Shown here in pieces: positions 8,461 through 21,440 of a DNA stretch of 64,000 nucleotides. The notes beneath the pieces are model-generated. The model worked only from the letters and a program-made list of their open reading frames with translations, was not told where the DNA came from and did no database searches. This DNA comes from Rhizobacter sp. (GTDB lineage: Bacteria > Pseudomonadota > Gammaproteobacteria > Burkholderiales > Burkholderiaceae_C), in assembly GCA_035702065.1 (NCBI GenBank), contig DASSRA010000142.1:2947-66946 (forward strand). The letters run 5' to 3'. Position 1 is the first letter of the stretch. Every line of letters starts with the position of its first letter. A program made the position numbers and the translations under genes.

Positions 8461-10257
8461 CTAAACCACCGTGTCCCACGGCGCCGACAGCCGCACCGCG
8501 CCGTTGATCACGCCCACCATCGAATAGGTCTGCGGGAAGTTGCCCCACAGCTCGCCCGTGCTCGTGTGCAGGTCTTCGGACAGCAGGCCCAGGTGGTTGC
8601 GGCTGGCCAGCAGCGCTTCGAAGATCTCGCGTGCCTGCGCGGTGCGGCCGATGCGCGCGAGCGCGTCGATGCGCCAGAACGAGCAGACGTTGAAGGCCGT
8701 CTCGGGCAGGCCGAAGTCGTCGGGGGCCTCGTAGCGGCGCATGAAGGGGCCGTCGCACAGCGTGTGCTCCAGGGCGTCGACGGTGCTCACGAAACGCGGG
8801 TCGCGCGGGTCGATGAAGCCCACCTCGGCCATCAGCAGCACGCTGGCGTCGAGGTCCTTGCCGCCGAAGCTCTCGACGAAGGCCTGGCGCGTGTCACTCC
8901 AGGCATGGGCGAGGATGGTGTCGCGGATGACGGTGGCGCGCCCACCCCAGAACGCGGCACGCTCGACCGCACCCAGCGTGCGCGCGATCTTGGCCAGGCG
9001 GTCGCAGGCGGCCCAGCACATGAGGGACGACGAGGTGTGGATGCGCGAACGCGTGCGCAGCTCCCACATGCCGGCGTCGGGCTGGTTGTGCAAGCTCCAG
9101 GCTTGCTCGCCCATGCGTTCGAGCAGGGTGAAGTCGTTCTCGTCGGCACGACGGAAGAGGCGGTGGTCGTGGAAGGCCTGGGCCGCGCCGAGCACGATGT
9201 TGCCGTACACGTCGTGCTGGAAGTGCTCGGCCGCCTGGTTGCCCACGCGCACCGGGCCCATGCCGCGGTAGCCGGCCAGGTGCGTGAGCATGCTCTCGGG
9301 CAGGTTCTTCTCGAGGCCGATGCCGTAGAGCGGTTGCACGTGGCCACCGCTCGCGCCGCGCATCACGTCGTTGAGCCAGCGCAGGTACTCCTCCATCGTG
9401 CCCACTTCGGAGAGGCTGTTGAGCGCACGCACGACGAAGAAGGCGTCGCGCAGCCAGCAGTAGCGGTAGTCCCAGTTGCGCTGGCTGTGTGGCGCTTCGG
9501 GGATGCTGGTGGTCATGGCCGCGATGATGGCGCCGGTGTCCTCGAATTGGCACAGCTTGAGCGTGATGGCGGCGCGGATCACCGCGTCCTGCCATTCGAG
9601 CGGCAAGGCGAGGCGGCGCGTCCAGGTGCGCCAGTAGAGCGAGGTCTGCTCCTCGAAGTCGCGCGCGGTCTCCTCGATGCCGCCGGCCAGCGTTTCGTCG
9701 GGACCGAACAGCAGGCTGATCGGCACCTGCAGCGCGAACCAGTTCTCGTGGCCGATGTAGGTGAGCGGTGCGTTGGTGGTGAGCCGCAGCGTCTGCTCGG
9801 GGCTGACGTAGCGGATGTGGTTGCTGCCATGCGTGAGGACCGGCGAGACAGTGCCCCAGCGGCTGAGCGGCTGCACGGCGATGCGGATGCGCGGGCGGCC
9901 CGCCAGCACGCGCACGCGGCGCACGATCTGCGCGGGGCGGAAGACGCGGTCCCGGTGAAAGAAGCGGGGCGCGAAGTCGGTGATCTCGACAGCGCTCCCC
10001 TCGCTGTCGAAGAGCCGGGTTCGCAGGATGGCCGTGCCGGCGTCGTAGGCCTGCTCGCTGCGCGCGAGCTTCTCCAGTTCGATGGAAAAACTGCCGGCAT
10101 CGGCAAGAGCTTCTGTCGAATTGAGCAGGGAATGAAAGATCGGGTCGCCATCGAAGCGCGGCCAGCAGCACCAGCCGATGCGTCCTTGCGTGTCGACGAG
10201 CGCGCTGACGGCGCAGTTGCCAATCACACCGAGGTCGAGAGAGGCGTGTCGCTTCAT
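8461..10257 (-). CDS. Glycoside hydrolase family 15 (trehalase/glucoamylase-like)
   Basis: LGVIGNCAVSALV, AAMTTSIPE...RNWDYRYCWLRDA, DAGMWELR, GLLSED, GNFPQTYSMVG. Start set at MKRHASL (10257). Confidence 0.93.
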   Translation of the reverse strand: MKRHASLDLGVIGNCAVSALVDTQGRIGWCCWPRFDGDPIFHSLLNSTEALADAGSFSIELEKLARSEQAYDAGTAILRTRLFDSEGSAVEITDFAPRFFHRDRVFRPAQIVRRVRVLAGRPRIRIAVQPLSRWGTVSPVLTHGSNHIRYVSPEQTLRLTTNAPLTYIGHENWFALQVPISLLFGPDETLAGGIEETARDFEEQTSLYWRTWTRRLALPLEWQDAVIRAAITLKLCQFEDTGAIIAAMTTSIPEAPHSQRNWDYRYCWLRDAFFVVRALNSLSEVGTMEEYLRWLNDVMRGASGGHVQPLYGIGLEKNLPESMLTHLAGYRGMGPVRVGNQAAEHFQHDVYGNIVLGAAQAFHDHRLFRRADENDFTLLERMGEQAWSLHNQPDAGMWELRTRSRIHTSSSLMCWAACDRLAKIARTLGAVERAAFWGGRATVIRDTILAHAWSDTRQAFVESFGGKDLDASVLLMAEVGFIDPRDPRFVSTVDALEHTLCDGPFMRRYEAPDDFGLPETAFNVCSFWRIDALARIGRTAQAREIFEALLASRNHLGLLSEDLHTSTGELWGNFPQTYSMVGVINGAVRLSAPWDTVV

Positions 10258-10335
10258 TGGAATGGGATTTGCACTCAAGGCGGGTGGTTCCTCGGTTCTT
10301 CTGAAAGGATTCCCCTGCTGCAAGATCTGGTCTCG

Positions 10336-12576
10336 TTGAAAACACTGCGCCTGCAACTGAGGTTTCTCGTGCCTCTGGTTCTGACCCTGACCGCAGCGGC
10401 GTACATCGCTCTCCCCTTGATGGACCGGCTGACGCTGCGCTGGTTTGCGCGTGATCTCAACATGCGCGGGGCGCTCGTCGCCAGTGCGCTGTCCGATTCC
10501 ATCGAGGACGCCTTGCAGCAAGGCCGGGACGGCCGCGTGCAATCCTTGCTCAACCGGGCTGTGCAAGACGAGCGCCTGGTGGCGGTGGGCCTGTGCGCGG
10601 AAGACGGCCGCCTGCTGCAGCACACCGGCAACTACCCCAAGACGCTCGACTGCCGCACCGCACAGCAGACCGCCACCTCGAAGGAGCCGTTGCTGCGCCT
10701 CTCGGGCGGGGCGCTGCAAGTGGGCCTGTACCCGGTGGACAACCAGGGCCGCCACATCGGTGACCTGATCCTGTTGCATGACCTGAGCTTCATCGACCGC
10801 CGCAGCCAGGACACGCGCCGCTACCTCATCCTGCTGATCGTGGCACTGGGCGTGACGATGGCACTCATCACCATGGTGGTGGCGCAGCTCAGCTGGCACG
10901 GCTGGGTGAAGGGCATGCGCTCGATCCTGCGAGGCGAGGGCCTGCTGCGGCCGATGGCCGAAGGCAGTGCGCCGCCCGAACTGGCCCCGCTGGCGGCCGA
11001 CGTGCGGGCGCGCCTGCGCGATCTGGAAGACCAGTACCGACGCGCGCTGGGCAGCGACGAGGAGTGGAATCCTGACCGACTCCGGTCGTTGTTGCAGACG
11101 CAATTACGCGGCGACCAGGTGATCGTCGTGTCGAACCGCGAGCCCTACATCCACATCAAGACACCCGAGGGCGTGGTGGTCGAGCAGCCGGCGAGCGGCC
11201 TGGTGACGGCCGTTGAGCCGGTGATGCGTGCCTGCTCCGGCACCTGGATCGCGCACGGCAGCGGCGACGCCGACCGCGGGTCGGTCGACGCACACGACCG
11301 CGTGAGAGTCCCCCCTGGCCACCCCGAGTACCTGCTGCGTCGCATCTGGCTCACGCCGGAAGAAGAGCAGGGCTACTACTACGGCTTCGCCAACGAAGGA
11401 CTGTGGCCGCTGTGCCACGTGGCGCACGTGCGGCCGGTGTTCCGCGAGTCCGACTGGCGCAAGTACCGCGAGGTCAACCAGCGCTTCGCCGACGCGGTGG
11501 TGGCCGAGGCCCGCGGCGAAGACCCCATCGTGCTGGTGCAGGACTACCACTTCGCCTTGCTGCCGGCCATGGTGCGCGCCAAGTTGCCGCGCGCCACCAT
11601 CATCACCTTCTGGCACATCCCCTGGCCCAACCCGGAGTCGTTCAGCATCTGCCCGTGGCGGCAGGAGCTGCTGCAGGGCATGCTGGGCAGCAACATCCTG
11701 GGCTTCCACACGCGCTTTCACTGCAAGAACTTCATCGAGACGGTGGACCGCAACCTCGAAGCGCGCATTGAGCACGAGCACTCCACCATCTCGTACCAGG
11801 CCGACGAGACGCTGATCGAGAGCTACCCGATCTCCATCGCCTGGCCGAGCCTGGAAGAGACCCTGAGCGTGCCGCCGGCTGCGGTGTGCCGGGCCCGGGT
11901 CTATGCGCGCATGGGCTTTCATCCCAAGCTCAAGCTGGCCATCGGCGTGGACCGCTTCGACTACACCAAGGGCATCTTGGAGCGGCTGCATGCGGTGGAG
12001 AACCTGCTCATCAAGCACCCCGAGTGCATCGGCGAGTTCGCCTTCGTGCAGGTGGCGGCGCCCACACGCTCGTCGCTGGAGGAGTACCGCGTGTTCCAGG
12101 AGCGCATTCTTCAGGTCACCCAGCGCATCAACGACCGCTTCAGCCGGCCGGGCTACCAGCCGGTGCACCTGCTGGCCAAGCACCACGGCCACCACGCGCT
12201 GACCGAGCTCTACCGGGCGGCCGACGTGTGTGCCGTGACCAGCCTGCACGACGGCATGAACCTGGTGTGCAAGGAGTTCGTGGCGGCCCGTGACGACGAA
12301 CAGGGCGTGCTGGTGCTGAGCCGCTTCGCCGGCGCGGCCCGCGAGCTGGGCGAGGCGCTGATCGTCAACCCATACCACGTGGAGGAAACCGCCGAAGCCC
12401 TGTACCGCGGCATCATCATGCCTCCGGCCGAGCAGCGCGAGCGCATGGCCAACATGCGCGCGACGGTGCGCGAGTTCAACGTCTTCCGCTGGGCCGGCCG
12501 CATGCTCGCCCACGCGGCGCGCCTGCGGCTGCGCAGCCGCGTCGAGGCGCGCGTGCTGCTCCACCAGGCTGAATAG
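10336..12576 (+). CDS. otsA: Trehalose-6-phosphate synthase (GT20) with an N-terminal two-TM receptor-like extension
   Basis: GT20 motifs [39 protein letters not shown] and IVNPY start about 260 aa into the ORF. The TTG 10336 start is inferred and could be slightly upstream. Confidence 0.9.
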   Translation: MKTLRLQLRFLVPLVLTLTAAAYIALPLMDRLTLRWFARDLNMRGALVASALSDSIEDALQQGRDGRVQSLLNRAVQDERLVAVGLCAEDGRLLQHTGNYPKTLDCRTAQQTATSKEPLLRLSGGALQVGLYPVDNQGRHIGDLILLHDLSFIDRRSQDTRRYLILLIVALGVTMALITMVVAQLSWHGWVKGMRSILRGEGLLRPMAEGSAPPELAPLAADVRARLRDLEDQYRRALGSDEEWNPDRLRSLLQTQLRGDQVIVVSNREPYIHIKTPEGVVVEQPASGLVTAVEPVMRACSGTWIAHGSGDADRGSVDAHDRVRVPPGHPEYLLRRIWLTPEEEQGYYYGFANEGLWPLCHVAHVRPVFRESDWRKYREVNQRFADAVVAEARGEDPIVLVQDYHFALLPAMVRAKLPRATIITFWHIPWPNPESFSICPWRQELLQGMLGSNILGFHTRFHCKNFIETVDRNLEARIEHEHSTISYQADETLIESYPISIAWPSLEETLSVPPAAVCRARVYARMGFHPKLKLAIGVDRFDYTKGILERLHAVENLLIKHPECIGEFAFVQVAAPTRSSLEEYRVFQERILQVTQRINDRFSRPGYQPVHLLAKHHGHHALTELYRAADVCAVTSLHDGMNLVCKEFVAARDDEQGVLVLSRFAGAARELGEALIVNPYHVEETAEALYRGIIMPPAEQRERMANMRATVREFNVFRWAGRMLAHAARLRLRSRVEARVLLHQAE

Positions 12577-13340
12577 ATGACGCCGCTCTTCTCACCTGCC
12601 GGAGACCAGGCGCTCGTCGACCTGCTGCAGCGGCGCCCGCTGCTGGCCTTCGATTTCGACGGCACGCTGGCCCCCATCGTCGACCGGCCCGAGCGTGCGC
12701 GCGTGCCGATGGCCTGGGCCGAGATGCTGATCGAGCTGGCGCGCCTGCTGCCCACCGCCATCGTCACCGGGCGCTCGGTGACGGACGTGACGGCGAGACT
12801 TCCGTTCTCGCCGCGCTACGTGCTGGGCAACCACGGCGCCGAAGACCCGAAGGGCGCGATGCGCCCCGGCTCGGTGGCGCGGCTGGCGCCGGTGCGCCAC
12901 GCGCTGGACCAGCTGGCCCCCCAGTGGCAGGCCCTGGGCATCGAGCTCGAGGACAAGCAGTTCTCGCTCGCCTTGCACTACCGGCGCGCGCCCGACCTGC
13001 TGGCCGCACGCGAGTGGATCGACGCGCTGCTGCGCAATGGCGACCAGGCCGGGCTGCACATCTTCCATGGCAAGTGCGTGCTGAACATCGCCCCGGACGA
13101 TGCGGCCGACAAGGCCGATGCGGTGATGTCGCTGGTGCGGCGCGCCGGCACCACGGCGGCCCTGTTCGCCGGCGACGACATCAACGACGAGCCGGTGTTC
13201 GAACGCGTGCCGCACGACTGGCTCACGCTCAAGGTCGGTGACGATGGCCACCCCAGCCGCGCACGCTATGTCATCGACACCCAGGAAGACGTCGGCAAGC
13301 TCCTGAAGCGGCTGCTGGAGCTTGCCGTGCTCGGCGCGGC

Positions 13341-13353
<13 letters not shown>
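12577..13353 (+). CDS. otsB: Trehalose-6-phosphate phosphatase (HAD)
   Basis: [22 protein letters not shown] in [12 protein letters not shown]. Starts immediately after the otsA stop. Confidence 0.93.
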
Positions 13354-16235
<2,882 letters not shown>

Positions 16236-16275
16236 GTCGTCGGTTCCTGCGGGGCGTGGGGCAAAGAAGGAGGGA

Positions 16276-16650
16276 TCAGGCGTTCTTGACGAGTTCGTCG
16301 TAGGCCGGGGCGTCGAGCAGGTGCTCGAACTCGGCCATGTCGGCCACGCGCACCTTGAAGAACCAGCCGTTGCCCAGCGGGTCGGTGTTGGCCAGGGCCG
16401 GGTCGGCGCGCAGGGCTTCGTTCACCTCGACGACTTCGCCGCTGACCGGCATGTACAGGTCGGCCGCGGCCTTCACGGACTCGACCACGCCCGCCACGTC
16501 GCCCTTCTTGAAGCTGCGGCCGACCTCGGGCAGATCGACGAAGACCACATCGCCCAGCGCATCTTGCGCATGCTGGGTGATGCCCACGGTGGCGGCCTCG
16601 TGGTCTTCGATGTTGATCCACTCGTGGTCGGGGGTGTACATGGTCGTCAT
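16276..16650 (-). CDS. gcvH: Glycine cleavage system H protein
   Basis: [19 protein letters not shown], lipoyl-lysine motif VESVKAA. Confidence 0.98.
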   Translation of the reverse strand: MTTMYTPDHEWINIEDHEAATVGITQHAQDALGDVVFVDLPEVGRSFKKGDVAGVVESVKAAADLYMPVSGEVVEVNEALRADPALANTDPLGNGWFFKVRVADMAEFEHLLDAPAYDELVKNA

Positions 16651-16692
16651 GGGAAGGCTCCTGGTTTGAATGGGGATGAAAAGGGGGTGATC

Positions 16693-17814
16693 TCAGCCGC
16701 GGTGGTAGCGGTGGGGCGTAAAGGGCATGGCGGTCACGCGCATGGGCTGCGCCTTGCCGCGCACGTCGGCATACACCTCGTGGTGCGGCAGCGCGTGGTT
16801 GCCGGCGAGGTAGGCCATGGCGATGGGGTGGTTGACGGTGGGCGACAGCGTGCCGCTGGTCACCTGGCCCAGCTTGTGGCCCTTGGCGTCGGTGATGACG
16901 GCGCCCTCGCGCACCGGCACGCGTTCCAGGCCCAGCAAGCCCACCCGCTTGTGGCTGGGCCCGCTGGCGAGCTCCGCCTCGATGACGCGTGCGCCGGGGT
17001 AGCCGCCGGCACGGGCACCGCCGGGGCGGCGCACCTTCTGGATGGCCCAGGTGAGACCGGCCTCGACCGGCGTGGTGTTCTCGTTGATGTCGTGGCCGTA
17101 GAGGCACAGGCCGGCTTCCAGGCGCAGCGTGTCGCGTGCCCCCAGGCCAGCCGGCTTGACCTCGGGCAGCGCCAGCAGCGCGCGGGCCAGCGCTTCGGCC
17201 TTGTCGGCCGGCACCGAGATCTCGAAGCCGTCTTCGCCGGTGTAGCCGGAACGGGTGACGAAGCAGTCGGCGCCCGCGATGTGGGCGTGCATGCCGGTCA
17301 TGAAGGTGAGGCTGGCGACCTCGGGGTTGAGGCGGCGCAGCGCGGCCACCGCCTTGGGGCCTTGCAAGGCCAGCAGGGCCTGGTCGGGCAGTGGCTGCAC
17401 CGTGCAGCGGTGGCCGATGTGGGTGACCAGGTGGCGGATGTCGGCGGCCTTGCAGGCGGCGTTGACGACGAGGAAGAGGTCGTCCGCGCGGCGGGTGATC
17501 ATCAGGTCGTCGAGGATGCCGCCGTTGGCGTTGGTGAAGAGCGCGTAGCGCTGCTTGCCAACCGCGAGGTCGACCACGTCGACCGGCACCAGCGTCTCAA
17601 GCGCCTTGGCGGCGTCGGCACCGACCAGCCGCAGCTGGCCCATGTGGGAGACGTCGAACAGCGCGGCCGACTCGCGGCAGTGCTTGTGCTCCGCGATGAT
17701 GCCGCCGGGGTAGTTGACCGGCATGTCGTAGCCGGCGAACGGCACCATCTTGGCGCCGAGTTCGAGGTGCAGCGCGTACAGCGGGGTGCTCAGCAGGGGG
17801 GCGTTGGCGGACAT
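16693..17814 (-). CDS. gcvT: Glycine cleavage system aminomethyltransferase T
   Basis: FAGYDMP, FDVSHMGQ, RSGYTGEDGFE, GLGARDTLRLEAG. GGAG SD before ATG 17814. Confidence 0.97.
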   Translation of the reverse strand: MSANAPLLSTPLYALHLELGAKMVPFAGYDMPVNYPGGIIAEHKHCRESAALFDVSHMGQLRLVGADAAKALETLVPVDVVDLAVGKQRYALFTNANGGILDDLMITRRADDLFLVVNAACKAADIRHLVTHIGHRCTVQPLPDQALLALQGPKAVAALRRLNPEVASLTFMTGMHAHIAGADCFVTRSGYTGEDGFEISVPADKAEALARALLALPEVKPAGLGARDTLRLEAGLCLYGHDINENTTPVEAGLTWAIQKVRRPGGARAGGYPGARVIEAELASGPSHKRVGLLGLERVPVREGAVITDAKGHKLGQVTSGTLSPTVNHPIAMAYLAGNHALPHHEVYADVRGKAQPMRVTAMPFTPHRYHRG

Positions 17815-17879
17815 GGCGTTCTCCGAGGGCATTGTTGTGGCGCGAGCATCCTCCACCTGCGTGGCGAATGCCGCAATGC

Positions 17880-18091
17880 CCTCACTGTCCGCTCTACCTG
17901 AGAGATTGGTGCGGGCCGATCAACGGCCGTGCACTTGCCCCTTCGGTGGGCCCACTCGGGGTGGGCCTCTCTCCAGCGAGGAACGCCATGTTTCCATGGC
18001 GTGTGCCAGTCCTTTTGCCTGAGCGTTCGAGCCGTGCATCTCTGCGCGGCCCTGCGCCTTCGGCGGCTTCACGGGGAAGCTCTCTCCTGGC
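17880..18091 (-). ncRNA. Tandem glycine riboswitch upstream of gcvTHP
   Basis: Two aptamers, each with GGAGAG...CCGAAG...CTCAGG cores (about 18091-18005 and 17981-17880), directly 5' of gcvT. Confidence 0.93.
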
Positions 18092-18118
18092 TTTGGGGAG
18101 TGTAGCTCTCCCCGTTGG

Positions 18119-19804
18119 TCACATCCCGGAATAGTTGGGGCCGCCACCGCCTTCGGGGGTGACCCAGACGATGTTCTGCGTCGGGTCCTTGATGTCGCAG
18201 GTCTTGCAGTGCACGCAGTTCTGCGCGTTGATCTGCAGGCGGTCGGTGTTGTCGGCGTTCTTCACGAACTCGTACACGCCGGCCGGGCAGTAGCGCGCTT
18301 CGGGGCCGGCGTACTTGGCGAGGTTGATGGCCACCGGCACGGACGCATCCTTCAGCGTCAGGTGGGCCGGCTGGTGCTCTTCGTGGTTGGTGTTGCTCAC
18401 GAAGACGCTGCCCAGGCGATCGAAGGTGAGCTTGCCATCGGGCTTGGGGTAGCTGATCTGCTCGCACTCGGCCGCGGGCTTGAGGTACAGGTGGTCAGCC
18501 TTGGTGCGGTGGAACGACCAGGGCGGTGCTTTGAACCCCAGGCGCGGCAAGAGCCAGTGCTCGATGCCGACCATCAGGCCACCGAAGATGTTGCCGAACT
18601 TGAACCAGCTCTTGAAGTTGCGCGAGGCTTCCAGCTCGGCGCGCAGCCAGCTCTTGTCGAAGGCGGCGGGGTAGTCGGTGAGCTCGTCGTACTGGCGGCC
18701 GGCCGTGACGGCGGCGAAAGCCGCTTCGGCGCACAGCATGCCGCTCTTGATCGCGGCATGGCTGCCCTTGATGCGGGCGCCGTTGAGGTAGCCGGCATCG
18801 CAGCCCACCAGGGCACCGCCCGGGAACACCGCCTTGGGCAGGCTCATGATGCCGCCGGTGGTGATGGCGCGCGCGCCGTAGCTGATGCGCTTGCCGCCTT
18901 CGAGGAAGGCCTTGATGCGCGGGTGGGTCTTCCAGCGCTGCATCTCCTCGAACGGGCTGAGGTACGGGTTGCTGTAGTTGAGGCCGGTCACCAGGCCCAG
19001 CGTCACCTTGTTGTCTTCGAGGTGGTACATGAAGCCGCCACCGTAGGTGTCGTCTTTCATCGGCCAGCCGGCGGTGTGGATCACGAGACCCGCCTTGTGC
19101 TTGGCCGGGTCGATCTCCCACAGCTCCTTCACGCCGATGGCGTAGGCCTGCGGGTCTTTGCCGGCATCGAGCTTGTACTTGGCGATGAGTTGCTTGCCCA
19201 GATGGCCGCGCGACCCTTCGGCAAACACGGTGTACTTGGCATGCAGCTCCATGCCGAGCTGGAAGCTGTCGTTCGGCTGGCCGTCTTTGCCGATGCCGAG
19301 GTTGCCGGTGGCGATGCCCTTGACGCTGCCATCGTCGTTGTAGAGCACCTCCGCAGCGGCGAAGCCGGGGAAGATCTCGACGCCCAGCGCTTCGGCCTGC
19401 TGGCCCAGCCAGCGCACCACGTTGCCCAGGCCGACGATGTAGTTGCCTTCGTTGTGGAAGCAGTTGGGGATCAGGAACTGCGGCGTGTCGAAGGCGCCGT
19501 TCTGCGTGAGCCACAACAGCTTGTCGCCGGTGACGGGCTGGTTCAGCGGGGCGCCATCGGCCTTCCAGTTGGGCAGCAGCTCGGTCAGAGCCTTCGGGTC
19601 CATCACGGCGCCGCTCAGGGTGTGGGCGCCGGGCTCGGAGCCCTTCTCGAGCACCACCACCGAGATCTCCTTGCTGTGTTCGGCTGCAAGCTGCTTCAGG
19701 CGGATCGCCGTGGCAAGGCCAGCCGGGCCGCCACCGACGACGACGACGTCGTACTCCATGGCTTCGCGGGGGCCGTACTGGGCCAGAATTTCGGCGGGGG
19801 TCAT
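18119..19804 (-). CDS. etfD: Electron transfer flavoprotein-ubiquinone oxidoreductase
   Basis: DVVVVGGGPAGL, EKGSEPGAHTLSGA, RYCPAGVYE, NCVHCKTCDIKDP, WVTPEGGGGPNY. Confidence 0.96.
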   Translation of the reverse strand: MTPAEILAQYGPREAMEYDVVVVGGGPAGLATAIRLKQLAAEHSKEISVVVLEKGSEPGAHTLSGAVMDPKALTELLPNWKADGAPLNQPVTGDKLLWLTQNGAFDTPQFLIPNCFHNEGNYIVGLGNVVRWLGQQAEALGVEIFPGFAAAEVLYNDDGSVKGIATGNLGIGKDGQPNDSFQLGMELHAKYTVFAEGSRGHLGKQLIAKYKLDAGKDPQAYAIGVKELWEIDPAKHKAGLVIHTAGWPMKDDTYGGGFMYHLEDNKVTLGLVTGLNYSNPYLSPFEEMQRWKTHPRIKAFLEGGKRISYGARAITTGGIMSLPKAVFPGGALVGCDAGYLNGARIKGSHAAIKSGMLCAEAAFAAVTAGRQYDELTDYPAAFDKSWLRAELEASRNFKSWFKFGNIFGGLMVGIEHWLLPRLGFKAPPWSFHRTKADHLYLKPAAECEQISYPKPDGKLTFDRLGSVFVSNTNHEEHQPAHLTLKDASVPVAINLAKYAGPEARYCPAGVYEFVKNADNTDRLQINAQNCVHCKTCDIKDPTQNIVWVTPEGGGGPNYSGM

Positions 19805-19869
19805 GCAGTCTCCTTGGATAGAACGCTTGGATGGACGATTACCGCGCATTCTAATTGGCAAGAAGCTCG

Positions 19870-19889
19870 AATAGAACGATCGTTCGTTT
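19870..19889. promoter_or_regulatory. Palindromic TF site, FadP-like (TetR-family fatty-acid regulator of Burkholderiales)
   Basis: AATAGAACGATCGTTCGTTT with a perfect core palindrome GAACGATCGTTC (19874-19885), between divergent etfD and SDR. The FadP assignment rests on a recalled motif. Confidence 0.65.
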
Positions 19890-19983
19890 CTGTTTCGCTC
19901 TGCAGTCCACGAGGTGTGCGACGCGCCGAATGCGCGTGATATCTTCATCGCCACTTTGTTGTAAAGACGCTGAGGAGAACGAC

Positions 19984-20766
19984 ATGGGCTACACCATCGA
20001 TCTGTCGGGCCGCGTGGCCCTGGTCACCGGTGCATCGAGTGGTTTGGGCACGCAGTTCGCCAAGACGCTTGCGGGTGCGGGGGCCGCGGTGGTGCTGGCT
20101 GGCCGGCGCATCGAGCGTCTGAAGGCGCTGCGTGCAGAGATCGAGGCGGCGGGCGGCGATGCCCACGTGGTCACGCTCGACGTGACCGACCACGACAGCA
20201 TCAAGTCGGCCGTGGCCCACGCCGAGACCGAGATGGGCACCATCGACATCCTGGTGAACAACTCGGGCGTGAGCACCACGCAGAAGCTCACCGACGTGAC
20301 GCCCGAAGACTACGACTACGTGATGGACACCAACACCAAAGGCGCTTTCTTCGTGGCCCAGGAGGTGGGCAAGCGCATGCTGGCGCGCGCCAAGGGCGCG
20401 GCGCCGGGCACCTTCACCGGCGGGCGCATCGTCAACATCGCTTCGATGGCCGGCCTCAAGGTGCTGGGACAGATCGGCGTGTACTGCATGAGCAAGGCGG
20501 CGGTGGTGCACATGACCCGCGCCATGGCCTTGGAGTGGGGCAAGTACGGCATCAACGTGAACGCGATCTGCCCCGGCTACATCGACACCGAGATCAACCA
20601 CCACCACTGGAAGACCGACCAGGGCCAGAAGCTCATCGCCATGCTGCCGCGCAAGCGCGTTGGCCAGCCGCAGGATCTGGACGTGGTGCTGATGATGCTG
20701 TGCTCGAACGAGAGCCACTTCGTGAATGGCGCAGTGATCCAGGCCGACGACGGTTTTGCGGTCTGA
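19984..20766 (+). CDS. Short-chain dehydrogenase/reductase (SDR)
   Basis: VTGASSGLG, LVNNSG, catalytic YCMSK, NAICPG. Confidence 0.93.
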   Translation: MGYTIDLSGRVALVTGASSGLGTQFAKTLAGAGAAVVLAGRRIERLKALRAEIEAAGGDAHVVTLDVTDHDSIKSAVAHAETEMGTIDILVNNSGVSTTQKLTDVTPEDYDYVMDTNTKGAFFVAQEVGKRMLARAKGAAPGTFTGGRIVNIASMAGLKVLGQIGVYCMSKAAVVHMTRAMALEWGKYGINVNAICPGYIDTEINHHHWKTDQGQKLIAMLPRKRVGQPQDLDVVLMMLCSNESHFVNGAVIQADDGFAV

Positions 20767-21428
20767 TGCGTGAGTTGTCATTGCTGGAGGCGCGGGTTCT
20801 CGGTGTCCTGATCGAGAAGGCCCATACCGTGCCCGACAGCTACCCGCTGTCGCTGAACTCCCTGGTGTCGGGCTGCAACCAGAAGACCACGCGCGACCCG
20901 GTAATGAACGCGACCGACTCCGAGGTGCAGGGCGCTGCCGATGCACTCAAGAGCCTGCACCTGGTCTTCGAGTCGAGCGGCTCGCGGGTGATTCGCTACG
21001 AGCACAACATGGGCCGTGCGATGGCCTTGCCTTCGCAGTCGGTGGCCTTGCTCGCGGTGCTGATGCTGCGCGGCCCGCAGACCAGCTCGGAGCTGCGCGC
21101 CAACTGCGACCGGCTGCATCGGTTTGCCGACGTGTCGTCGGTGGAAGCGTTCCTCGAAGAGCTCGCGGAGCGCAGCGAAGAGAAGGGCGGTCCGCTGGTG
21201 CTCAAGCTGCCCCGGGCTCCCGGCGCGCGCGAGCCGCGCTGGACGCACCTGCTGTGCGGTGCAGTCGACGTGGCCAGCCTGCCGGTGGCGGCGCAATCGG
21301 AGGACTTCGTCGCCACGAGCGAACTGGCCGCACTCAAATCACAACAGCTGAACATGCAACGCGAGCTCGACGAGTTGCGCGCGCTGGTCGACAGGCTGTA
21401 CGCTGAATTGGGTGTGAGCAAAACCTGA
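20766..21428 (+). CDS. yceH: YceH family (DUF480) protein
   Basis: RVLGVLIEK..TVPDSYPLSLNSLVSGCNQKTTRDPVM, LMLRGPQT..ELR, REPRWTHLL. TGATG overlap with the SDR gene. Confidence 0.88.
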   Translation: MRELSLLEARVLGVLIEKAHTVPDSYPLSLNSLVSGCNQKTTRDPVMNATDSEVQGAADALKSLHLVFESSGSRVIRYEHNMGRAMALPSQSVALLAVLMLRGPQTSSELRANCDRLHRFADVSSVEAFLEELAERSEEKGGPLVLKLPRAPGAREPRWTHLLCGAVDVASLPVAAQSEDFVATSELAALKSQQLNMQRELDELRALVDRLYAELGVSKT

Positions 21429-21440
21429 GGGAGTGGCGCA

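Noticed and set aside
8566-10335. Apparent 1336-aa ORF (8566-12576) suggesting a giant OtsA fusion
   Set aside because: Its first ~590 codons are the stop-free antisense shadow of the GH15 gene and read as Ala/Arg/Val/Gly-rich nonsense. Protein-like sequence begins near 10336.
10258-11103. N-terminal extension of the GH15 ORF to 880 aa
   Set aside because: Antisense shadow of the otsA 5' region. GH15 homology starts at MKRHASL (10257).
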